From Eledone cirrhosa (taxonomy: Eukaryota), in assembly GCA_964016885.1 (NCBI GenBank), contig OZ024760.1, forward strand, positions 248,001-312,000: a DNA stretch of 64,000 nucleotides. Reading direction: 5' to 3'. Numbering within the stretch: the stretch's first letter is position 1; each line of letters opens with the position of its first letter. Below the pieces are notes generated by a model. That model was not told the origin of the DNA. It ran no database searches and worked only from the letters and a program-made list of their open reading frames with translations. Shown here in pieces: positions 54,327-64,000 of this stretch. The position numbers were made by a program, and so were the translations under genes.

Positions 54327-54448
54327 AATATATAAATATATATATATATACTGTTTCATTCGAAGGAAATCATCAGGAAATATATATATATATTTGTCCA
54401 TTCCCTTGTCGTTTTAATTTGGATTGCCTCGATAACGTAACCCCCCCT

Positions 54449-54488
<40 letters not shown>

Positions 54489-54508
54489 TCTCTCTCTCAT
54501 ATATATAT

Positions 54509-55388
54509 ATATTGTTATACTTGGGGAGGGTCATATTTGCGTAATATTGCCAGAATTAATAACAGAACACACTCACTGTTTGGTTGGTCTTCGCTTCTCG
54601 CTGTCTTTTATATCTGCGATCTAACTTACTCGGTCCTCAATGTTGCCATTGACTGACCGACGGTCAAAAATAATACAGATACAATATAGACACAAACACA
54701 TATATATAGTTTACATAATTTACATAAATCTTTCGTTGCACATAATTTACATAAATCATTTCGTTGCACAGAAAGAATGAGTGGAACAACACCCAAACAA
54801 ACAACACTGACCTAAGAGAAGTATAAATAAGTAAATAAAATAAAATAAAATAAGATAAATAAATACATACACAAGCACAATAACAACAAGCACATAAACA
54901 CACACTAGTCACCCAACAGACACAACACTATACACACTTGTCACACAGCACACATAACACTATACACACACGCAAACGCATGCGCAAAGAAGGCAAAATA
55001 AAATAAACAAACAAGCAAATAAATAAATAAATATATAGACAGACTGAATAAAAAATGGCGTAGACATACAACACAACAGGAGGAAAAAAAATATAACACC
55101 ACTGACGATGTTGCAGATGTGCAACGAAAGATTTATGTAAATTATGTAAACTATATATATGTGTTTGTGTCTATATTGTATCTGTATTATTTTTGACCGT
55201 CGGTCAGTCAATGGCAACATTGAGGAGAAGTAAGTTAGATCGCAGATATAAAAGACAGCGAGAAGCGAAAACCAACCAAACAGTGTGTGTGTTCTGTTAT
55301 TAATTCTGGCAATATTACACAAATATGACCCTCCCCAAGTATAACAATATCTGTTTCGACACACGATTTCATATAAAAAACCTCGCTA

Positions 55389-55391
<3 letters not shown>
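54509..55391. mobile_element. Penelope pLTR/tail in inverted arrangement (arms 54509-54743 and 55117-55350)
   Basis: Shares TTATACTT(G/T)GGGAGGGTCAT and the terminal motif with the GIY-YIG element at 62225. Contains an HHR. Confidence 0.85.
55098..55138 (+). ncRNA. Minimal hammerhead ribozyme motif
   Basis: CTGACGA-T-GTTGCA-GATG-TGCAAC-GAAA-GATTTA. The core and stem II are intact; stems I and III are weak. Confidence 0.65.
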
Positions 55392-55476
<85 letters not shown>

Positions 55477-55614
55477 TTCAGAAAATCCAGTTAAGGGTGA
55501 AAGCAGCGATTATTTGCTTAAACTTTAATCTGTTATTTTAATATTTGCTCTCTATATATTTTATATATAGAGAGATTATCCTTATCGAGCCCTCTTCGGA
55601 GTTTAGTCTTCACG

Positions 55615-55653
<39 letters not shown>

Positions 55654-56100
55654 GGGCGGTGGATTGGCAGTATCGTAGAGGGTCAAACGCCATGCTTTGC
55701 AGCACAGAGTTACGGCCCTTTATCGTCTGAGTTCAAATCCAGCCAAGGGTAACTTTGCCTTTCATCCTTACGGGGTAGATAAAATAAAGTACCAGTAATA
55801 CACTAGGATAATTGCTGGCCTTGTGCCAAAACTAGAAACAATTATTATTCGCCGATCCGTCGTCCGTCTTCCAAGTTAGTTTTACGTGTAGACGGAGTGT
55901 GTGTGTGTCTGGTGGATTGGCAGTATCGGTAGAGGGTCGGACGCCATGCTTTGACGCATAGAGTTACGGCCCTTGCCATTCTGAGTTCAAATCCCAACGA
56001 GGTTAACTTTGCCTTTCATCCCTACGGGGTCGATAAAATAAAGTACCAGTAACACACTAGGATAATTGCTAGCCTTGTGCCAAAAAGTAGAAACAATTAT
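55654..56100 (+). mobile_element. Two family-1 SINEs (55654-55845, 55911-56100)
   Basis: Full consensus. The first follows (TTA)n. Confidence 0.88.
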
Positions 56101-56122
56101 TATATATATATATATATATATA

Positions 56123-56232
56123 TATAGGGTGTCCTCCAATATGTATACTCATTGAGTTTTCTGCTGTTGAAGTGTGTATATAAATATATATATATTTTTT
56201 TTTTTGGGGGGGGGGGGGGGGGGCACCCTATA
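56123..56232. mobile_element. Small Tc1/mariner-like MITE
   Basis: TATAGGGTGTCC ... GGGCACCCTATA termini within (TA)n. Confidence 0.55.
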
Positions 56233-56584
56233 TATATATACATATATATATATATCATTTTAATGGCATTACTGAGTTGAAATTCAATTTAAAAACTTCT
56301 TATTTTTTTCAAATTCCCTCAATTCATTTCGACGTGGCAATCTTGTGAATAAGTTTGACGTGAAAATCTTAGAATTGGCTGAGGAATTTGAAAGTTTGAC
56401 CTTGATTTGGGGTTTTAAAGGATTTCTCTTCTCTCATGGGTTTTATTTATAGCTAAGTATGGCGGCGTCATTGGGAGACATTCTTAATGGTCTTAATGTT
56501 ATTTGGCACCGTTATTACTGGCAACAGTGTTTGTATATATATATATATACATACATATATGTGTGTATGTATGTATATTTAGGC

Positions 56585-56621
<37 letters not shown>

Positions 56622-56630
56622 TAAATATGC

Positions 56631-56663
<33 letters not shown>

Positions 56664-56889
56664 CATGTATATTATTCAGAGAGACAGATAGATAAATACA
56701 TACATAGAGACGGTATGTGTGTGTGTGTACATATATATATATATGCATATTTATGTACTTATATACATATATATGTATTATATTTATGTATAAATATATT
56801 TACATATATATATATATGTATTATATTTATGTATATATATATATGTATGTACGTATATATATAGATAGATATATATACACACACGCACA

Positions 56890-56955
<66 letters not shown>

Positions 56956-57544
56956 ATAGAGGGAGAGAGAGAATATGAGACAGACACACATATTGACAGA
57001 GAGGCAGACAGGTAGATGGAGAGAGAGTGTGTGTGAGAGAGGGTCAGGGGGGGGGGTGAGAGTAGTGGCAGACTGAGTGGGAGGAGAAAGAAATAGCAAG
57101 GTGAGTGATAGATTAAAAGTTACAAAGTGAGGGAAAGGCAGAGTAAAACGATATTCAATATTTGCAAGTTTATGCAAATTTACATTAAAACAAATAAGAT
57201 ATTAACTCCGCCCAGATTGTACTCAGTTGTCAAAACATGATGGAGGCGGATACAGCTATAGCCACGCCCAACAGCCGGTTAAAATCTTTGAATACACACA
57301 TACACTTACATACAGTTATACATTCATGTATTCATGTATATACTTACACACCCGCAACACCACCACCAACACCCGCAATAACACATGTACACACATACTC
57401 TAAGAAGCATATACACATCCACAAACGTAGTCCTTCCTCCCCAATACGCACACATATACTTATACAAGCATGTAAACGCATACAGATTCATACACAAACA
57501 TACAGTTACATATACTCATATATAGATACACAAATATAGTAATT

Positions 57545-58310
57545 CCTTTTAGTAATGTCCCATATGTATCTTTTAGTTTTGTTCATGGTCCACTGTACAT
57601 CATAGCATATCTTATGTCCAAGGCCCATAGATAATACCTTAATAGCCCAGGTGTATATTATATCATATATTACATAGAAACATTTGAGAAGGTCTGAAGC
57701 CCAGAGAGAACACCTCAATAGCCCACATGCATATATATCATATCTTACATATGAAACAATTAAAAAAAGTTTGAGGCTGAGAGGGAACACCTTAATAGCC
57801 ACATGTATATTTTATCATATCTTATACGTAAATATTTGAGGTCTGAGGTCCACAGAACACCTCAATGGTCTACAATTATATCATATTTTACTGATGGAAA
57901 AAATTGAATATGTCCAAGGCCCATAGATCATACCTTAATAGCCCACATGTATATCTTATATAATTATTTGAGGTCTGAGACCCAGAGAGAACACCTCAAT
58001 AGCCCACATGCATATTATATCATATCTTACATATGAAAAAATGAAAAAGGTTTGAGGCTGAGAGAGAACACCTCAGTGGCTCATGTGTATATTTTATCAT
58101 ACCTTACATGTGAAAAAAATGTAGAAGGTTTGAGGCCCAGAGAAACTACCTCAATGGCCCACAGGTATATTATATTATATCTTACATATAAATATTTGAA
58201 AAGGTTTGAGTCCCAAAGAGAGCGCGTTTGAAGGACCCACATATATATTATATCACATATAAAAAAATGAAAAGGTCCGAAGCTCACAAAGAACATCTCT
58301 GTGGCCCAAA
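57545..58310. repeat. Degenerate ~60-78-bp tandem repeat, about 10 copies
   Basis: AACACCTYAATAGCCCACATG...ATCATATCTTAC recurs near 57634, 57709, 57786, 57857, 57930, 57989, 58067 and 58145. Confidence 0.85.
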
Positions 58311-58839
58311 TGATGCTGATCTCTGCTTGGAGTTTTAGTATATCTATGAACCATGGATTCTGCCCTAGTTTCCGTTCACTAGTTTTAGCATCCTAGCCAA
58401 CCTCTGGATTTTTATCTCAATTCCCACCCATGCTTTTGGAGGTCTGGTAAATCTACAAGCCACAGACTCTACTCTCATTTCTAATCTTACAATCCCCAGC
58501 TAAGGAGATCCATCTTGCCAGTCTCTGGATTTTTCCTCTATTCTCCGTTCCACATGATTCTTTGAGATTCAGTAAATCCACGATCCATGGATTTTAACCC
58601 GTTACAATTCACAAGTGGCGATCCAATAAACCCACCAGTTTAAAAATACTTCCTTCCTCTATAAGAATCTTTTCCATTTGGACAAACACAATCCGATTTT
58701 GATTTTTCAAAATTTCTGAACAGATGTAGTGTTTGCAGAATAATTCAGAAAATCACATAGGCTGGGAAGCGTGGGATAGCCGCATAAAAGTTGCATATCT
58801 CGGAGCACGAAAGAGGATCTAGAAGGGTTAGCAAATGGC

Positions 58840-59000
58840 ATTGATTGGATAACATCCATAAGCGCAGGTGATCTCGCTTCAGGATCAAGCCGAACCATTA
58901 AGAGACAGTTGCTTCCAATAGGACCGTCAGGGCAGCATGTCTGAGGATTCTGTCCTCTACGATTCTCTCAGGAATAAGTGGGCAAAGAAGAAAAAGAAGA
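58840..59000 (+). mobile_element. RTE LINE 3' terminal fragment
   Basis: TTGGATAACATCCAT...GATTCTGTCC...CTCTCAGGAATAA..GGG..(GAA) matches 45308-45465. Confidence 0.75.
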
Positions 59001-59004
59001 ATGA

Positions 59005-60500
59005 ACCTACTACTACTACTACTACTACTACTAGTACTGCTGCTGCTGCTGCTACAAGAATCATGATTTCTATTACAAAAAAGAAGACCACCATCATTAC
59101 TAACAACATTACCACTACCACACCATTAACAACAAAAACACTAGCATCACCACCACCACCACCACTACCATCATCACCATCTTCACTCCAACGACCATCT
59201 CCACCACCACCACCACCACCACCACCACCACCACCAACATCCACCATTAATAACAACACTGCCACTACTACCACCTCTTCTAACAAGAACAATCTCCAGC
59301 ACCACCTCAACCACCACTATCATCATCATCATCATCATTATCTCCACCACAAGGACCATCAACACCAGCCCCACCGCCACCATGATTGCAACTATCATCA
59401 TCATCATCTCCTCCACATCAACGACCATCAACACAAGCCACCATCCCACCATCACCATGATCACCACTATCATCATCATCAACACCAGCCCAACCAGTAC
59501 TACAACCACCACCATCACAAACATCATCATCATCATCATCTCCACCACAAAGACCAACCGCCACCGCCACCACTACCACCGCCACCACCACCATCACAAA
59601 CACCACCGCCACCACCACCACCACCGCCACCATCACAACCACCACTATCATCATCATCATCATCCCCACCACAAAGACCAACCACCACCGCCACCGCCGC
59701 CACCACCACCACCACCACCACCACCACCACCACCACCACCACCACCACCACCACCGCCACCATCACAACCACCACTATCATCATCATCATCATCTCAACC
59801 ACAAAGACCAACCACCACCGCCACCACCACCACCACCACCACCACCACCACCACCACCACCACCGCCACCATCACAACCACCACTATCATCATCATCATC
59901 TCCATCACAAAGACCAACCACCATCGCCACCACCACCACCACCACCACCACCACCACCACCACCACCACCGCCACCATCACAACCACCACTATCATCATC
60001 ATCATCATCTCAACCACAAAGACCAACCACCACCGCCACCACCACCACCACCACCACCACCACCACCACCACCACCACCGCCACCATCACAACCACCACT
60101 ATCATCATCATCATCATCCCCACCACAAAGACCAACCACCACCGCCACCGCCGCCACCACCACCACCACCACCACCACCACCACCACTGCCACCATCACA
60201 ACCACCACTATCATCATCATCATCATCTCAACCACAAAGACCAACCACCACCGCCACCACCACCACCACCACCACCACCACCACCACCACCACCGCCACC
60301 ATCACAACCACCACTATCATCATCATCATCATCTCCACCACAAAGACCAACCACCACCGCCACCACCACCACCACCACCACCACCACCACCACCACCACC
60401 ACCACCACCACCATCACAACCACCACTATCATCATCATCATCCCCACCACAAAGACCAACCACCACCACCACAGCCATCACCAACATCACACCCCAACCA
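59005..60500. repeat. (CCA)n/(CAT)n compound array with ~105-120-bp units anchored by ACAAAGACCAACC
   Basis: Read directly. Confidence 0.9.
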
Positions 60501-60890
60501 AACCAGCGCTCCACCGACCCAGATTGATTTATGCTAGGAAAGCTCCATAAAACAGTGTCTAATATATATATAGCAGCCTGTCTTTGTGTTTGGGGTTCCG
60601 TGATCTTGATAATGGAGAATTAATGTGTCCATAAAGACCGGCCTTATCACCAGCTATACACACATGGTATGCTGGGTAGTAGCGTTAAGGCCTTTATATG
60701 TATATATATATATGTGTGTGTGTGTGCGTGTGCATGTATGTATATATAAGTATATATATATATGACTGAATATATATATATGTCAGAATGTATGTATGTA
60801 TATATATATATTTATATATATATATATGTGTATGAATATATATGTAAGTATTTGTATATATATATATATATATGAATATATATGTATATG

Positions 60891-60926
<36 letters not shown>

Positions 60927-60943
60927 CACATATATATGAATGA

Positions 60944-60978
<35 letters not shown>

Positions 60979-61098
60979 TATATATATACACACATATATA
61001 TATATAGATATATATACACACATTGTTTATATATATATAAACACACACACATATATATAAACACACAGATATATATATGTATGAATATATATATATAT

Positions 61099-61129
<31 letters not shown>

Positions 61130-61905
61130 CACACACACATATATATATACACACACATATATAAACACACACACACATATATATATAAACACACAGATAT
61201 ATATATATACACACATATATATATATAACACACATATATATATATATATATAATATATATACACACACATACACATGTTGCTTCCAACTTTCAGTTCTCA
61301 CAAGTCCTTCCTCGCCTCAACATCTCACATCCCACTATCTGAACGTCCTCTCGCCCCAAACCCCGCTTCATTACACACACACACACACACAGATATATAT
61401 ATGTATATACATACATATGTACATATATATATATACATAGAAACATATATATATATATACTATCCAGACAAACCTATTTGAATGAATAAAGGAATAAATA
61501 TACAATTAAAGTGAGTCCTTTAACCCAATGGGGGTACAGGGTCAACCTTTAGGAGTTTTTGTTGTTCTTGGAATGCTAGCGTGTATCTTGGGAGGAGATA
61601 TCAGTTTTGTGTAAGGAAGCACGTCTTTTCTCGATTTTTATGTATATACATAGTTAGAGACACAGCCCCCCCCCCCTATCTGTTATTCGTTCATCAGTCT
61701 GGAGCTTATCCCAGTTTTATGTGACGTTTAATGAGAGTACAGGGTTGGAAGCACTTGCCCCAGCATGGTCGCAGTCCAATAAGTAAAGCCAGTAAAAGAA
61801 TATATATATATATAAATGTATATATATATATATGTATATATATATACACAATATATAGAGAAACACACAGATAATATTTCTTCTCTCTTCATAATGTACT
61901 GTATA

Positions 61906-61946
<41 letters not shown>

Positions 61947-62429
61947 ATATATATATATATGTTTATATATGTAGATAAATCTAGGTATGTATATTCCCTC
62001 TGATAGTTTGTAAAAATTTTACATAGATCTATATGATATACATACCAACACACACATATATATCCTAGAAACGATCGTAAAATGATGAATTTTTTAATAT
62101 AAGGAACTGTTTCTTTGTTTTTATTCATTATTTTTATTAATTTATATGTTTATATATATATGTATATATATATATATATGTATATATATATGTGTATATA
62201 TATATATATGTATATATATATATTTCGTTTCTGAATTTGTTTAGCAAGATACTTTATCTGAAAACGTGTGTTGAAACCGATAATGTTATACTTTGGGAGG
62301 GTCATGTTGCCAATAAGAAACACACGCACAAGTTGCTTTCACTTCAATTTATTATAATAAATTTATAAATTTAGGAATTTATAAATTTCCGGTTGGTTGG
62401 TTCCACAACCAGATGATTGTTTATATATT

Positions 62430-62472
62430 GTCAAAGTTCTTTCGTCACACATTCTGTGACCTCTTCAGTGAC
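62430..62472 (-). ncRNA. Minimal type I hammerhead ribozyme in the Penelope tail
   Basis: Minus strand GTCA-CTGAAGA-G-GTCACA-GAATG-TGTGAC-GAAA-GAAC-TT-TGAC gives a 4-bp stem I, 6-bp stem II and CUU triplet. Confidence 0.75.
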
Positions 62473-62987
62473 TGGGGATTCTTTTCTTTGTTTTTGTGCT
62501 TCTCCTTTGTTCTGTCCTACGCCATCTTGTTTTTGTGTGTGTGTTGTGTGCCTAGTTTGCGCATGTGTTACATCCGGGTGTCTGTGTGTGTTTATATTCG
62601 TTTACTTATTTGTTTATTTACATGTTACTGGTTGGTTGTTTGTTCTATGTGCGTGTGTGTTTTCATTTTGTCCTTAATTGTAAGTTGTGATGTTGCTGTT
62701 CCACTCATGTTTTCTATTTAATTTTGGTTGGAGTTCATTTATGTTTATTGGCTCTGTGATTTGTCTAAACATTGCGTCTTTTCTGTGTGTAGATTCTATT
62801 TTTATTTCTATGTTCTCTAATTTACCCTTATGTTCTATTTTTGCATGTTGGTAGAGTACAGATGATTCTTTACTATCTTGAAGATCAGATATTTGGAAGT
62901 CATGGGTTTGGCATAATGGGAATGGAGGATTTGTTTTTTGTTATTAATGGTATCTAACCAGAGCTCTGTGTCTAGTACAGGTAATCG

Positions 62988-63868
62988 ATATCTGATCCAC
63001 CGAAACTCAGCTGTTTCGGACCATACCAAAATCAACATACTGATTGCGGATTTGGTACGAGTAATGATAAACGTGTCCCGCATGTGCAACCCCGAAGAAC
63101 TAGAGAGACACACATACAACACTTCATCCACCGTATGCAGTTCTCTGGTTACAATCAGAGAGATAAAATCAGAGTATATAGAGGAGCCAGAACCAAATGG
63201 GAAAAATGGTAAATAATGACACAAATGGGACCTGCCTCTTGTATAGGAGCAAATTTTGGAATAGAATAGAAAGAACTAGGAATAAGGCTAATAGAATAAA
63301 CTCATGGTATGATAGCAATAAATACCAGAGTGTAATGTTCATCGATACAACCCCTAGAAGTGAATTAGCTTACAAACTTAGAAGGGCCCTAGATAAACAT
63401 AAACTCAATATTAAGATAGTAGAAAGACCAGGTACCTCCATAAAAACACGTATTAGCAATACATACCCTTTTCAAAGACCTCCCTGTATAGATAAGAAAT
63501 GTATAATCTGTAAATTAAGCCCCCATATTAACTGTAAAACTAGAGATGTAGTATATAGCATAAGATGTACTGAAGGACAATGTAGAGATAAAAATATAGT
63601 GTACATAGGTGAGACAGCTCGTAGTATAGGGGAACGGATAAATGAACACCGGCGAGACCTTCAAGAGAGTAAAGAATCATCTATACTCTACCAACATGCT
63701 AAAATAGAACATAAGGGTAAATTAGAGAACATAGAAATAAAAATAGAATCTACACACAGAAAAGACGCAATGTTTAGACAAATCACAGAGGCAATAAACA
63801 TAAATGAACTCCAACCAAAATTAAATAGAAAACATGAGTGGAACAGCAACATCACAACTTACAATTAA
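62988..63868 (+). pseudogene. Penelope RT thumb/linker plus GIY-YIG endonuclease (5'-truncated, frameshifted near 63100-63210)
   Basis: CIDKKCIIC...CKTRDVVYSIRC...VYIGETARSIGERINEH...QITEAINI...PKLN in ORF 63197-63868; upstream LIHRNSA...DLVRVM. Confidence 0.92.
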
Positions 63869-64000
63869 GGACAACATGAAAACACATACACGCACATAGA
63901 ACAAACAACCAACCAGTAGCATGTAAATAAACAAATAAGTAAACGAATATAAACACACACAGACACCCGGATGTAACACATGCGCAAACTAAGCACACAA

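Larger units (their letters stand above)
62225..64000. mobile_element. Penelope-like retroelement in head-to-head inverted structure (minus arm 62987-62225; plus arm from 62988 to beyond the window)
   Basis: 62545-62886 is the reverse complement of 63656-64000. RT-thumb and GIY-YIG motifs and an HHR are present. Confidence 0.92.

Noticed and set aside
58937-60550. 537-aa Pro/His/Thr ORF
   Set aside because: It starts in an RTE 3' fragment and runs through trinucleotide repeats.

Overview
Repeat-dominated animal genomic DNA. The tRNA-derived SINEs resemble octopus/coleoid SINEs from memory, so the taxon is not verified. No host protein-coding gene could be identified, and most ORF-track entries are translations of microsatellites. 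Supported content: (1) an 8.2-kb 41-bp GT-rich minisatellite and several CCA/GTT/TA/CA low-complexity arrays; (2) two head-to-tail, near-identical ~5.7-kb Tx1/L1-type LINEs (12669-24075) and two older 3' fragments (51269-52266), all bounded by (TATC)n; (3) many Penelope-like remnants as fold-back inverted repeats inside (TA)n tracts, two with GIY-YIG ORFs and several with minimal hammerhead ribozyme (HHR) motifs; (4) RTE LINE fragments, a hAT MITE with an 8-bp TSD, small mariner-like MITEs and about 20 SINE copies. The two best leads are an apparently (TATC)n-targeting Tx1 family that stacks in tandem and carries a canonical-looking 5'-UTR intron, and Penelope fold-back junctions that recur at the HHR stem II loop, suggesting snap-back priming on the ribozyme hairpin.
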